Shown: one piece after another, positions 25,932 through 35,421 of the stretch
How the letters are laid out: every line of letters begins with the position of its first letter
Numbering within the stretch: the stretch's first letter is position 1
Virus record (IMG/VR): IMGVR_UViG_3300032046_000009
Source of the DNA: a virus
Lineage: Duplodnaviria > Heunggongvirae > Uroviricota > Caudoviricetes
Direction: 5' to 3' (one strand)
Length of the DNA stretch: 64,000 nt
Notes under the pieces: model-generated
Told to the model about the DNA's origin: nothing
Databases searched by the model: none
The model's input: only the letters and a program-made list of their open reading frames with translations
Made by a program: the position numbers and the translations under genes

Positions 25932-26251
25932 CTGAATTGCACCTTAACCTTTGGTTCTTTACCGTCTTTAGTGAATGGTTTATTAGGGTCAATTATGTTT
26001 ATCGTAAATTGTTCTGAACTATTGTGGTATTCCCAATAAAAACAACCGTCAGCTAAATCTTTGAGAATATAGTCTATACAATCATCGTTACAAACTACGT
26101 CCTCAAAATCTGTGCCATTATATTCTTTCTTAACTTTCTCTTTCACTTGTTCAAGAGTCAAATCTAGCAAACCGCGTTTTCTCAGTTGTTCGACTAACTC
26201 TTCCGCGTCCCCAACTTGAAAATCATCTAAGATTTTTAATCCGACAATCAT
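25928..26251 (-). CDS. acidic hypothetical protein
   Basis: 107 aa; ends VKVQFS. Confidence 0.7.
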   Translation of the reverse strand: MIVGLKILDDFQVGDAEELVEQLRKRGLLDLTLEQVKEKVKKEYNGTDFEDVVCNDDCIDYILKDLADGCFYWEYHNSSEQFTINIIDPNKPFTKDGKEPKVKVQFS

Positions 26252-26469
26252 GTGAATTTCACCATTTCTGGTTCTACGTCCTCAACTTTTCTGTAACCGC
26301 ATTTTTTAATTCCTTTCGCGGTATCTAAGCGTTGTTTTCTCGTACATTCTTCACAATAACATTCATGTATCTTTTTGTGAAATTGTGAAACTCGAATGCC
26401 GACAGAACACATATCATTACCATTACAGTAAAATTCTTTTTTGCAATTCGCACATCTGACCTTAATCAT
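26248..26469 (-). CDS. 8-Cys small protein (family A)
   Basis: CANCKKEFYCNG..CYCEEC; ends EMVKFT. Confidence 0.7.
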   Translation of the reverse strand: MIKVRCANCKKEFYCNGNDMCSVGIRVSQFHKKIHECYCEECTRKQRLDTAKGIKKCGYRKVEDVEPEMVKFT

Positions 26470-26611
26470 TCTGTTGTTCTCCCTTTCAATGCTAAAACTA
26501 TTAATGGGTCATTGAGAAGGAAAAAAAGGAAAAGAAGAAATTCAGAATGGGTGTAATAGGCAATAATATTGCCCGTAACCAAAACCCATTTCTGATAAAC
26601 TTTCCAGAAAT

Positions 26612-27469
26612 TCATAGGAAAACTCTCTCGGCATGAATCCTTGTGTTAATGGTTTTGTCGTTAAATTCATAAGGTTTACCGTTCTGTTCGAACTTTGGAA
26701 ACGAAATTTTCATAGAGTTTTCGCCCTCTCTGTCAACCCAGAGAAATTCGCCTTTTCGCAAACTCATAACTACATTTGCTATTCTCTGTCCCTTCTCTGA
26801 ACCAAATGCCCTTTTCAATTTCGAGATGTCGTTATCGCCAGCGAGAGAACCTATCAGTAGATATTTTGTGCGCTCAACTATCTGAGTAGAAATGTCACTC
26901 AGACGTTGACCTATTCCTATGAAGAATTGACTATAATTTCTTGATTCGCTCCAAATCTTCAACCAGAAGTCAGATTTCTTGTAAGAACCAAACAAGTTCT
27001 GAATCTCTTCCAGAACGTAGATTCTCTGGATTTCTGCCGTCCCGTTGTTCTTGTTCATTGATTCTCTCTGAATGTAATAGTCTTGTCCGACTAAGTTTTC
27101 GACTAGGCTAACATTTTTTGCAGTTGATAAGAATCCCAAATCAAGCAAAACTGTTTTCTCGTCCTCTGGAATGCTCGGTTTCTTTGTTATGTCAACGTAG
27201 GGTATTTCATCAAATGTGAGTTTCCATGTATTAGCACTATCGCCTATTCGAATTACTATTTTTCCCTCTTTATATCTTTGTGAGTTTCGAATGTATCTTA
27301 CTATGTGCTTCACGGCGTTTGTCTTGCCCGTTCCCCCTAGCCCAATAACAAGCAATCTTCCGTTATCGACTAGGTTCTTCACTATCATTTCAAGTATTGC
27401 ATCGCTCATTTCTTGAACCTTATCGGGTTCAGATATTTCAACCGCGATTTTATTTTCTGTTTCGGTCAT
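26612..27469 (-). CDS. P-loop NTPase (FtsK/HerA/Zot-like)
   Basis: Walker A GLGGTGKTN; Walker B-like IYVLEE; ATG after AGGTGA. Confidence 0.65.
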   Translation of the reverse strand: MTETENKIAVEISEPDKVQEMSDAILEMIVKNLVDNGRLLVIGLGGTGKTNAVKHIVRYIRNSQRYKEGKIVIRIGDSANTWKLTFDEIPYVDITKKPSIPEDEKTVLLDLGFLSTAKNVSLVENLVGQDYYIQRESMNKNNGTAEIQRIYVLEEIQNLFGSYKKSDFWLKIWSESRNYSQFFIGIGQRLSDISTQIVERTKYLLIGSLAGDNDISKLKRAFGSEKGQRIANVVMSLRKGEFLWVDREGENSMKISFPKFEQNGKPYEFNDKTINTRIHAERVFL

Positions 27470-27478
27470 TCCATTCAC

Positions 27479-27736
27479 CTAAAGTGGTGTTGCCATACTG
27501 CTTAATAGTACATTCATAAACTCTATGAATGCCAAAGCTAACAACAAACCCCCGAAAATCCAAAAACACGCAAGTTTCTTCGAACGGAACATTGAAAACT
27601 CTTCCATACGTTTATCTCGAACAAGCATTGCTCTACGTTGTCTTTCTTTTAGCTTTTGAACTGCCGTTTCAATATCCATTTCGTTTTCTGGATTAACACT
27701 CAAATCACGCATTAATGTTTCTTTTTTCTTTGTCAT
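27479..27736 (-). CDS. small membrane protein
   Basis: 85 aa; C-terminal TM; TATA 27771-27778. Confidence 0.65.
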   Translation of the reverse strand: MTKKKETLMRDLSVNPENEMDIETAVQKLKERQRRAMLVRDKRMEEFSMFRSKKLACFWIFGGLLLALAFIEFMNVLLSSMATPL

Positions 27737-27799
27737 CTAATCTACCCTGAATTATTAATAGCATCGACCCTTATAAACCTTTGCCCTAAAACCCCATAC

Positions 27800-28090
27800 T
27801 CAAGTGAAGGACACCTTTTCTGCCCCATTCTTTGCCTTTTCCTCTTCTTGGCGTTTGTCATCTAAATCTCCTAGATAACAGTCAATAGTATCCCAAGTTA
27901 CACCTATTGTTGCGTCATGTCTATGTTCCATTATGTCAATAATTTCCTCTGCTTCATTTTTGGTAATTTTCATACCCCTGTCTTTTGCCCGTCCCAGAAC
28001 GTCCTCAACATTCCAAATTATTAGACAGATATGTTCGTTTGGCTTGTTATAATTCTGAATGTGCTTTATTGCATCTTCTCTTGTTGTCAT
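27800..28090 (-). CDS. acidic small protein, monocistronic cassette
   Basis: own promoter (TATA 28115-28122) yet ends EKVSFT. Confidence 0.65.
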   Translation of the reverse strand: MTTREDAIKHIQNYNKPNEHICLIIWNVEDVLGRAKDRGMKITKNEAEEIIDIMEHRHDATIGVTWDTIDCYLGDLDDKRQEEEKAKNGAEKVSFT

Positions 28091-28434
28091 ATTAGGATAT
28101 ATTATCAGCGTCCCTTATAAACTTTTGCCTAGAACATCCATGCCAATATAACCGTCTGTCCAAGCCCTTGTGCCATCAAAAGCCACTTTTTTAAACAGTT
28201 GATTAACTCGACTTTGGAAAAAATTCCACGGTCTTTCCAATAAATTAATTAATCAACTGATTAAAATTTCTCAAATTTGCCGTTCCGCCCACAGTAGTAG
28301 TGTTTAAGAAGGGTTCATATATAAAACCAGAAGAGTTTGTTATGTTTTAAAGTTACAGAAAATTAAAGCAGTATGCCCTAAAATGGATAACTAGATTAAA
28401 AAAGAGAAATATAGAGAGCAATTAAAAAAATGCT

Positions 28435-29115
28435 CTATTGTTTGGTATTTTTGTTTTTGGTTTCTTTGACGCAAACACACTTTCGATTGTTGAGCAATGC
28501 CCCAATTATCAGTCCTAGTATGAAAGTCAGTATGATTATCAAGAGCCAACATGGGTTACAGTCTTTCTTGTTGTCGGTGATATAGACGTAGAATGGCTTG
28601 TCAACGTAAACAACTCTGTTCACGTAAAGGACTTTCTCGATGTACTTGATGACTTCTTTTGGCACTTCGATATAGACCGTGTTGTTGCAGTATTTGATTA
28701 TTTCGACTTCCTTGATGACTTCGACAGGCACTTCCTTAATGACTTCTTTGATGACCTCTATTGGCACTTCAACGTAAACGACTGTTTCAACAACTTTGTC
28801 AACATAGACAATCTTTTCAACTATTCTGTCAATGTAAACAGTCTTTTCCACTATTCTGTCTTTGTAAACGATTTTCTCAACAACTCTGTCAACGTACACT
28901 ATTCTGTCCACGTAAACAGGAACTTCAACCGTTTGGTTGACGTAAACAATTCTGTCCACGTAGATTATTTTGGTCTTGTTGTTACAAGAGTTGCCATCGT
29001 CACCGTCATTGCAATTTGGCTTATCATTGTCGTCAGAAGCAAATGCTGGAACTATCACTATTGGTATCACTAACGCAATCAAAAGCGCGATTATTATCAA
29101 ATTTCTTTTTTTCAT
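28435..29115 (-). CDS. repeat-rich type I membrane protein
   Basis: N-terminal signal/TM, C-terminal TM; VYVDRIVEKIVY-type repeats, about 33-bp DNA period. Confidence 0.7.
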   Translation of the reverse strand: MKKRNLIIIALLIALVIPIVIVPAFASDDNDKPNCNDGDDGNSCNNKTKIIYVDRIVYVNQTVEVPVYVDRIVYVDRVVEKIVYKDRIVEKTVYIDRIVEKIVYVDKVVETVVYVEVPIEVIKEVIKEVPVEVIKEVEIIKYCNNTVYIEVPKEVIKYIEKVLYVNRVVYVDKPFYVYITDNKKDCNPCWLLIIILTFILGLIIGALLNNRKCVCVKETKNKNTKQ

Positions 29116-29202
29116 TTTTCTCGACCTTACTAGAATACTATAACAATCCTCTATATAAATGTTTACTAAGAAAACCCATATACAAAAAAAGAAAGGAAGA
29201 TT

Positions 29203-30099
29203 TTATGGAGTTGTCGAATTGGTTGGCAGTTGGAAGAACGGAATTATACCGCTTCCGTAATAGGTCGGCAGTTTGCCGTCCCATTGTTGCAGATAGAGAT
29301 ATTGAAGATATTCTGGGCTAACATTTAGTTTCTGTGCGATTAATTGCAATGCTTCCGCGTCTGCATTGGCTTTTGCCAAAGTTGCGTATGCGTATGCGTC
29401 TGCTTCAATTCTTGTCATGTTTGCTTGTGCTTGTTGCTTGAGAATTTCCTGTTCCTGTTGATAGCGAACTATTTCTAAGTTGTTCTTTTCTGTGATTGCT
29501 TGCTGTTCGGCTGTTACTTTGTTCTCAATGGCTTCGTTGAACTTTGTTGAGAATGCGAAGTTCTCTAGCTGAACGTCAACGACTGTTATGTGATAATCCT
29601 TTATTCGTGAGCGAAGTGTGTCTAAAAAGAGAACTTTTACTGCATCTCGTTTTTGGAGAAGTTCTTCTGCTTTGAAAGTAGAGATTGAACCTTTTAGACT
29701 TTCTTGCATGTTGTTGATTATAACCCGTGATTCCCAATCTGTGCGGAGTGTTCTGTAAATATCCTCTGCAAATCCAGACTCAATTCGATAGTTTATTGCA
29801 ACTGTGGTTGTGACTTCTTGCATGTCGTTAGTTCCACAAGACATGTTTGCTAGTTCTGCTTTATGAATCTGCAAGTCAATGTTCACTATGTCTTGTCCAA
29901 ACCAAATGTTGACCCAATGAATGCCTTCACCCGTTGTGCCTGTAATTTGCCCGAATTGAGTAGAAACGCCTATGTAACCGCTTGGAACAGTCCTGATTCC
30001 TAGAACGCCTGTCAACACTAGAAATGCGGAAATGATGACAACAATAGCAATTCGAATAATGCTCCATTCGCCGTTTTTATTCTTTAGTATATTTCTCAT
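29203..30099 (-). CDS. SPFH/band-7 (prohibitin/HflC-like) membrane protein
   Basis: N-terminal TM, SPFH core, Ala/Gln-rich coiled tail. Confidence 0.8.
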   Translation of the reverse strand: MRNILKNKNGEWSIIRIAIVVIISAFLVLTGVLGIRTVPSGYIGVSTQFGQITGTTGEGIHWVNIWFGQDIVNIDLQIHKAELANMSCGTNDMQEVTTTVAINYRIESGFAEDIYRTLRTDWESRVIINNMQESLKGSISTFKAEELLQKRDAVKVLFLDTLRSRIKDYHITVVDVQLENFAFSTKFNEAIENKVTAEQQAITEKNNLEIVRYQQEQEILKQQAQANMTRIEADAYAYATLAKANADAEALQLIAQKLNVSPEYLQYLYLQQWDGKLPTYYGSGIIPFFQLPTNSTTP

Positions 30100-30167
30100 T
30101 TATTCTCGACCTTACTGAAAGTAAGTTATCAGCGTCACTTATAAACCTTCGCTAAGAAAGTCCATGT

Positions 30168-30437
30168 TCAAGTAAATTGAACACGTTCGGGTTCGTTCCA
30201 GATTTCAACTCGTCTTTGCCAAGCTAAACGGCGAACCCCTAAATTAAGTGAAATAGAAGGATAATAAGATTCTCCGCTATGAAGTAGTGCCACGTTGTTG
30301 TGAACAATCGCACCATTATATAGTGCAAGAGAATGTATAAACGCATCTCTGTGAAGTTTCTCGTGTTCCTCTCTAGCAAGAAGAATAAATTTTGTTTTGC
30401 ATCCACATTGCAGATATTGTTTTACTTTTTCACTCAC
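30168..30437 (-). CDS. hypothetical small protein, terminal cassette
   Basis: GTG after AGGTG in degenerate palindrome 30440-30455; ends ERVQFT. Confidence 0.6.
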   Translation of the reverse strand: MSEKVKQYLQCGCKTKFILLAREEHEKLHRDAFIHSLALYNGAIVHNNVALLHSGESYYPSISLNLGVRRLAWQRRVEIWNEPERVQFT

Positions 30438-30455
30438 GGTTAAACACCTGATTAA

Positions 30456-30596
30456 TTAGTCAGAGGGAAATTTAGGAACGACAAAAAGAATTTCTTCGCC
30501 TTTCTCGGCTAGTTTCCACGCCTCTCGCTCCGCGTCTGCTTTTCTTTTAGCCTTAACTTCAAATTTACGTTTGCTAGTTACAACTGTCCACTTCAA
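30456..30596 (-). CDS. 46-aa basic protein (not in track)
   Basis: TTG in JM 30593; hand translation. Confidence 0.45.
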   Translation of the reverse strand: MKWTVVTSKRKFEVKAKRKADAEREAWKLAEKGEEILFVVPKFPSD

Positions 30597-30817
30597 GTGA
30601 ACATCACCTTTTCGCTAATAAAGCCTTTCCAGCGTTTGTTTGATTCCTCTCTCATTTCTCTAAGTTTTTGTTCTACGTTATCTCTGGAATAATCTATGTT
30701 AGTTTTCAAAGGATGAGTTTTCATATACGTCTGCCATTCTTTATTGCATTCAAAACAAGTGTCCGAAGGATTAAAGATTCTCCGTCCGCATCGAATACAA
30801 TGTCTTTCTTTAGTCAT
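30593..30817 (-). CDS. small Zn-ribbon protein (family B)
   Basis: CIRCG..CFECNKEW; ends EKVMFT. Confidence 0.7.
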   Translation of the reverse strand: MTKERHCIRCGRRIFNPSDTCFECNKEWQTYMKTHPLKTNIDYSRDNVEQKLREMREESNKRWKGFISEKVMFT

Positions 30818-30978
30818 TGATTCAACCTATTCCTTGCTAACCAAAGTTCTGATATTTGTAATTGCCCTTCACGTTCGCCTTTTACTCTGCTATCGCACCA
30901 CTTTCTAAATTCCATTTCGTCAACTAAGAAGCATCGTTCACGAAGAAGTTTCAATGCTCGGCGTTCGTCTTGATTCAT
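30814..30978 (-). CDS. 54-aa protein (not in track)
   Basis: ATGA overlaps at both ends. Confidence 0.5.
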   Translation of the reverse strand: MNQDERRALKLLRERCFLVDEMEFRKWCDSRVKGEREGQLQISELWLARNRLNQ

Positions 30979-31187
30979 AGTTTTCGCTCTCTAGTGTTTC
31001 TCCATTTGTGGTATCCTCTCGTGTGCGCTAAACACAAACAAGAATCTGGTACTCTTGCTGTTTGACCGCATTTGACACACGACCCATATAGCGCACGTTT
31101 TCGAAATTCCTCTTCGGATATTCCCAGATAATCCCAAATGGCAAGATGTTTTCGTAATTGTCCCCTATTCATACATCTTACGTTCAT
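30975..31187 (-). CDS. 70-aa Zn-ribbon protein
   Basis: track 30975..31241 trimmed to ATGA-coupled ATG; CVKCG..CLCLAH. Confidence 0.55.
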   Translation of the reverse strand: MNVRCMNRGQLRKHLAIWDYLGISEEEFRKRALYGSCVKCGQTARVPDSCLCLAHTRGYHKWRNTRERKL

Positions 31188-31336
31188 GCTAAACGCCCCA
31201 GATGTTGAATGAATTGCTGTCCCTGTGGTGAAGTAACCCAACTAAGAAACCATATCCAAGTTCCAAAGCTAGACATACCAATCCACACCCAATTTCGCCA
31301 ATCTCGGATTTCTTTCTTCCAATTTATTTTGTTCAT
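31184..31336 (-). CDS. 50-aa Trp-rich membrane protein (not in track)
   Basis: TAATG and ATGA overlaps. Confidence 0.5.
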   Translation of the reverse strand: MNKINWKKEIRDWRNWVWIGMSSFGTWIWFLSWVTSPQGQQFIQHLGRLA

Positions 31337-31599
31337 TATTGGTTCCCTTCCATATTGTAAAGTTGTGCTAGTGGAGATTTCTCAGTTGGCAACATTATGT
31401 GAGATGTGTGTAACCAATGAACGTGAGGATGACACTTCATAGATTCAAGACAACTTTCATAATGAGCCTTATCGCCAACAATTTCTCTTTTCGACCAAGC
31501 CCTCAAATTTCCCATACCTTCACCGTAATATCTAGCTTGCATACTGCAAACTGAGCATCGCCCGTTAGAACCCCAATGATGTTCTCGACATTCGCTCAT
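31336..31599 (-). CDS. Cys/His-rich small protein
   Basis: 87 aa; ATGA overlap. Confidence 0.6.
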   Translation of the reverse strand: MSECREHHWGSNGRCSVCSMQARYYGEGMGNLRAWSKREIVGDKAHYESCLESMKCHPHVHWLHTSHIMLPTEKSPLAQLYNMEGNQ

Positions 31600-31817
31600 C
31601 TGAAAACACCTTTGCTTTCTAGGTATAGGTCTGAATATTCTATTAGTTCACCTATATTCATTATCAGTATTCGAATGGTTTCTTGAGCAATCATTTTTTC
31701 TAAATCCCTTTCGATTCGTTTATCTTGTGTTCGAATTATTTTCAGTCTTTCTTTGAGCATTTTACGGGGAACTTCACGACAACCGTTGCACTCGTGACAG
31801 TTACAACCGCTATTCAT
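31596..31817 (-). CDS. small Cys protein
   Basis: CNCHECNGC at N-terminus. Confidence 0.6.
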   Translation of the reverse strand: MNSGCNCHECNGCREVPRKMLKERLKIIRTQDKRIERDLEKMIAQETIRILIMNIGELIEYSDLYLESKGVFR

Positions 31818-32067
31818 AGTTCCAATACCTCAGTTTGTAGTTGTCAAGCCAAACTCTAAGTTGCCAATACCGATATTGTAATTCTAGTTTGATTTTTGTT
31901 AATACCTGATGTCGTCTATGCCTTTCGCTTAGATAATTCTCATAATCAGAGCATCCCGTTGCATAAGCACATTTCGGACAAACCTTTTTTGGGTTAACCG
32001 TTTCCCCTATTTGACATTCTATTTCACTCTTTGGAGTTTCCCGATTTCTAAGTCTAACGTGTGCCAT
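31810..32067 (-). CDS. small Zn-ribbon protein
   Basis: CPKC..C; TAATG overlap. Confidence 0.6.
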   Translation of the reverse strand: MAHVRLRNRETPKSEIECQIGETVNPKKVCPKCAYATGCSDYENYLSERHRRHQVLTKIKLELQYRYWQLRVWLDNYKLRYWNYE

Positions 32068-32243
32068 TATCTTATTTCTCCTTTATAGCCACACTTTTTA
32101 CATGTTGCGTGAAAATCTGTCCGACCCTCTGACTTTACTATTCCCTCAATATGCCTGTACGCTTCTGCCTTTGCTTTCTTCGATAACTTTGAACGATTCA
32201 CATCGTATGCGATTTTTGAACTTCCGCAATTAGGACACTTCAT
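32067..32243 (-). CDS. 58-aa Zn-ribbon protein
   Basis: track 32067..32258; ATG just after upstream TAA; CPNCG..CKKCG. Confidence 0.6.
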   Translation of the reverse strand: MKCPNCGSSKIAYDVNRSKLSKKAKAEAYRHIEGIVKSEGRTDFHATCKKCGYKGEIR

Positions 32244-32244
32244 T

Positions 32245-32514
32245 TTAATCGCTTCCATTGTAGAGTTTCCAAATGTCTTTGCCGAAGATTTCCATAACTA
32301 ACTCGAAAGCATAGTGGTCATTATCGTTATCTTCACACCAATCTTCGCCGAGTTTTTCGTCCATGATTTTTTTGGCGAATGCGTAAACTTTACGGAAATA
32401 TTCTATCTTTTCTTTGTCTGTAAAAGATTCAAAAGTTCTGAGTTGTTTTGATTCTTTTTCCATCTCTGCAATCTTCGTCAATTCGCTTTCGAGTTTTCGT
32501 TTTCTTGTTTCCAT
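32245..32514 (-). CDS. acidic hypothetical protein
   Basis: 89 aa. Confidence 0.65.
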   Translation of the reverse strand: METRKRKLESELTKIAEMEKESKQLRTFESFTDKEKIEYFRKVYAFAKKIMDEKLGEDWCEDNDNDHYAFELVMEIFGKDIWKLYNGSD

Positions 32515-32516
32515 CT

Positions 32517-32624
32517 TCAGTCACTATCTATGTTTGTTTCTTCGACAACTATTTCTTTATCCTTCTCAACGATTTCGCAAACTTTTCCGAATTGAGTTGT
32601 GTAGCCCAATATCTTCTTTGTCAT
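32517..32624 (-). CDS. 35-aa protein (not in track)
   Basis: first ORF after TATA-like 32659-32668; GTGGTTGAA-ATG leader. Confidence 0.4.
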   Translation of the reverse strand: MTKKILGYTTQFGKVCEIVEKDKEIVVEETNIDSD

Positions 32625-32689
32625 TTCAACCACTTTATACTTATGTTATAACAGCGTAACTAATAAAGGTTTCCCTAGAAAGACCATAC

Positions 32690-32806
32690 TCAATCACGTT
32701 TGAACGGTTCTGGGGGTTTGTGCTTCTCATACTTCAAGTGAGCGAATATAACCACACCGAGAAAGTAGAGAGCCATCAAGCCGTAGAATTGAAGTTCGGT
32801 CAACAT
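32690..32806 (-). CDS. 38-aa membrane protein (not in track)
   Basis: palindrome 32808-32823 supplies AAGTGATTAAT-ATG; stop in TTGAGTATGG. Confidence 0.45.
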   Translation of the reverse strand: MLTELQFYGLMALYFLGVVIFAHLKYEKHKPPEPFKRD

Positions 32807-32811
32807 ATTAA

Positions 32812-33756
32812 TCACTTGATTAATTGAAGTATCCCATCTTTACTTATTTGGAGTTTGTGGTATCGCATATCAGCCTTGCCTAGCCGACACTTGAGAACCC
32901 GTATGAAGTGTAGAAGTTCGCCTTGTTTTGCTTCGGTGTCGATTTTCATTTGAGCGTCCCAACTTGAGAGTTTCTTAAAGTTGATTTCAAACTCCACGTC
33001 TAGCAAATGGCTTAATGCAATGCCCCCTGCAAGTCCGTGTTGGTCAACTGATTCCTCATTTGCTTTCTGTGAGATAAAGATTCCTGTCACGCCTTTCTTC
33101 TGATTATAGCGGACAAATTCGCCTAAGTGGAATTTCAGTCCAGCACGATAATCATCTAGGAGAGTTAACGAATCGACAATTAGAAACTCAGCCTTTTCCT
33201 GTTCTACGAGTACGCGATAAGTTGAAACAAGTGTATTCCATTCTCTAAGTTCGCCGTGTGCAATAACGTCCAGCACAAAAAGATTCTGCTTTATGTTTTC
33301 CCAACTCAGTCCCAGAAAAGTTGCCATCTGTTTCATTCGACTCTGCAAATCAAATCTGTCGTTGTCAGCTTGGAAAATATCTTCGCTAGTTGTGAAAATA
33401 ACTTTGTTTCCGTCACTAGCTAATCTGAGCGCAACTTCCTGAGCGATTAAAGACTTGCCGACATCTGGGTTTCCGACCACACCTATCTGTGCAACTTTCG
33501 GAATGCCCCCCATAGGTTTATCGTCTTTGTCTAAGAAGAAATTGTCTAGGAAGGTTCTGCTTTTGAATAATGCTATTTGTGTCTTTATCTTTGCATCGTT
33601 CGGTCTAGTGGTCAGAAAGTCTTTAGTAAGTTGAATTGGTTTGTTAAAACTCTCTAGCGTTCCATCATTCTGAGCCTTAGCGATTATCTCTTCCATTCTC
33701 TCCATTACAGATTTAGCTCTTTCCTCTAGTTCTTTTTTACTTTGTTCTTCGCTCAT
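32812..33756 (-). CDS. RecA-superfamily ATPase (KaiC/RadB/DnaB-C-like)
   Basis: Walker A GNPDVGKS; Walker B FLIVDSLT. Confidence 0.7.
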   Translation of the reverse strand: MSEEQSKKELEERAKSVMERMEEIIAKAQNDGTLESFNKPIQLTKDFLTTRPNDAKIKTQIALFKSRTFLDNFFLDKDDKPMGGIPKVAQIGVVGNPDVGKSLIAQEVALRLASDGNKVIFTTSEDIFQADNDRFDLQSRMKQMATFLGLSWENIKQNLFVLDVIAHGELREWNTLVSTYRVLVEQEKAEFLIVDSLTLLDDYRAGLKFHLGEFVRYNQKKGVTGIFISQKANEESVDQHGLAGGIALSHLLDVEFEINFKKLSSWDAQMKIDTEAKQGELLHFIRVLKCRLGKADMRYHKLQISKDGILQLIK

Positions 33757-33758
33757 TT

Positions 33759-33968
33759 TTATTCCTCTGTCTTTACTATCGCTTGAAGGATAATTTCTCG
33801 AAGTTTTACAACAGCCAGCGCAGTTGCTTTCGGTCTTGAACGCTGTGCATCGCCAGCACTTATAGAAACGGTTACTCTATGTCCACAATCATATTCAATC
33901 GACAAGTAACCTAATTCTTTCAGCGCGTCTAGTATTCCCTGTGCTTGTGCTTTTTGTTTTTCAGACAT
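33759..33968 (-). CDS. hypothetical small protein
   Basis: track 33759..33977; ATG after AAGGTGATTGAA. Confidence 0.6.
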   Translation of the reverse strand: MSEKQKAQAQGILDALKELGYLSIEYDCGHRVTVSISAGDAQRSRPKATALAVVKLREIILQAIVKTEE

Positions 33969-33973
33969 TTCAA

Positions 33974-34165
33974 TCACCTTAAATTAGTGAATTTAAAGAA
34001 TCTCCAATGAATCTTCTTGTCCTCAAAGTCTATCTGCAAATAGATAAAATGTTCTATCTTTGGGTTTGGAACTATGCCTATCTGGAAATAGAAAGCTAGA
34101 TTAGAAAGCATCGCGTAGAATCTTTCGCCTAAATGGAAAGTACCTACGAATTTTATTTCGGACAT
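33974..34165 (-). CDS. hypothetical small protein
   Basis: track 33974..34174; ATG after GTTGATTGAA. Confidence 0.55.
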   Translation of the reverse strand: MSEIKFVGTFHLGERFYAMLSNLAFYFQIGIVPNPKIEHFIYLQIDFEDKKIHWRFFKFTNLR

Positions 34166-34175
34166 TTCAATCAAC

Positions 34176-34409
34176 TCAAGTGAATTGAACCTTTTCTTTT
34201 CCCGTCAACTTCTTTAACTCTTTTCTTAAACCTTCGTTTTCCTCTTTCAAGTCTAAGTATCGTAATTCGAAATGGTGAAGATAATTCGTAAGTGTTTCCA
34301 TTCTGTCGCGGTAAGTACGAATCGTTTCGCTCTCTAATCTCATTGCGTCCTCTAAAATTTTCGCTGTTGGACAACTATCGCATTTATCTTTCTTTCCCCA
34401 TCCGAACAT
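34176..34409 (-). CDS. coiled-coil small protein
   Basis: 77 aa; ends EKVQFT. Confidence 0.65.
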   Translation of the reverse strand: MFGWGKKDKCDSCPTAKILEDAMRLESETIRTYRDRMETLTNYLHHFELRYLDLKEENEGLRKELKKLTGKEKVQFT

Positions 34410-34410
34410 T

Positions 34411-34728
34411 TCAATCGTCCTCTATTTCTTTGATTTCGATTTTGCCTTTTTGTATTTTGTTCTTTACCGAGTAAACTGTGACTAGAACCCAATATGCAAC
34501 TGTTGGAAGAGCGAAGAAAAATGAAACCCAATAATTTCCCAAACCCTGTCCGATAAAGACAATATACGCTCCCTGAACGCAAGCCATCGCCGACAAAGTT
34601 AGCAATGCCCCTAGCCAATCGTAGCCTTTCAAGATGTTTCGGTTCTTCAATACTGCCCTAATCAGCGCAGATGTGCCAAGCAGAAAGAGAATGTTAGAAA
34701 TGTTGAAAAGCATTGAGGGGTCTATCAT
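34411..34728 (-). CDS. three-TM small membrane protein
   Basis: 105 aa, three hydrophobic segments; ATGA overlap. Confidence 0.6.
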   Translation of the reverse strand: MIDPSMLFNISNILFLLGTSALIRAVLKNRNILKGYDWLGALLTLSAMACVQGAYIVFIGQGLGNYWVSFFFALPTVAYWVLVTVYSVKNKIQKGKIEIKEIEDD

Positions 34729-34994
34729 TCTCTTTTCCCCTTTGCCTTTCCGCTTAGATATTCTTCTTTTGAAAAAATAAGAGCCAAACTAACATCGTGA
34801 ACTAATTCAATCGTTTTCACTACTCTTCCGTTGTTTTCAAGATATTTTATCTTCTCGCGTATCGCTTTTCGCAACTCTTTAGGAGTTTTCCCTTCTGCAT
34901 AAGCAGTATAATGATACTCTGCTCCCCGTTGCTTCTCTTCTGGAACTATGAAACCTATTTTTGCATTCCATTTGTCGTGTTTTTCTACTTGCAT
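34725..34994 (-). CDS. hypothetical protein
   Basis: track 34725..35054 trimmed to ATG 2 nt after upstream TAG. Confidence 0.55.
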   Translation of the reverse strand: MQVEKHDKWNAKIGFIVPEEKQRGAEYHYTAYAEGKTPKELRKAIREKIKYLENNGRVVKTIELVHDVSLALIFSKEEYLSGKAKGKRE

Positions 34995-34995
34995 T

Positions 34996-35154
34996 CTAAT
35001 CTTCTCTACGTTTTCGTTTGTTCTTTTTTCCACCCAAATTCGGGTTTGGAACAAGCATCGTGACTAACGTATCGTAGCCATGTCTTTGTTGAATTTGTGT
35101 TATCCAAATCTTCTCGGACTTGGTATCTATCTTTTTCGTATCTCTGTCAACCAT
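34996..35154 (-). CDS. 52-aa basic protein (not in track)
   Basis: AGTGATTGAA-ATG leader; TATA 35191-35198. Confidence 0.45.
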   Translation of the reverse strand: MVDRDTKKIDTKSEKIWITQIQQRHGYDTLVTMLVPNPNLGGKKNKRKRRED

Positions 35155-35223
35155 TTCAATCACTTTACTTCTATACTATCTCAATGTGACTTATAAACTT
35201 TGCGTTAGAACGTCCATGCTCGA

Positions 35224-35421
35224 TTAATCGTGCATCACGGGGATTCCTTTTGCTCTAAGTTTTGCTTTACGTCTTGCAACCTCTTCAAAATCGTCCGCGC
35301 CAGCGTCATAACCCTCTGAAAATCCAGCTTCATGTGCTTCCCATTCTTTTTCTTCGGACGTTTGTTTTATTTTCTTTCCTTCTAAAAAAAGGTGAAGTTT
35401 TTTGGTTTTTATCGTGTTCAT
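35224..35421 (-). CDS. acidic small protein
   Basis: 65 aa; ATGA overlap. Confidence 0.6.
   Translation of the reverse strand: MNTIKTKKLHLFLEGKKIKQTSEEKEWEAHEAGFSEGYDAGADDFEEVARRKAKLRAKGIPVMHD

Noticed and set aside
34171-34618. ORFs 34171..34374 and 34352..34618
   Set aside because: These are alternative frames overlapping the junction-bounded 34176..34409 and the membrane protein 34411..34728, and their translations are low-complexity R/K/G-rich.
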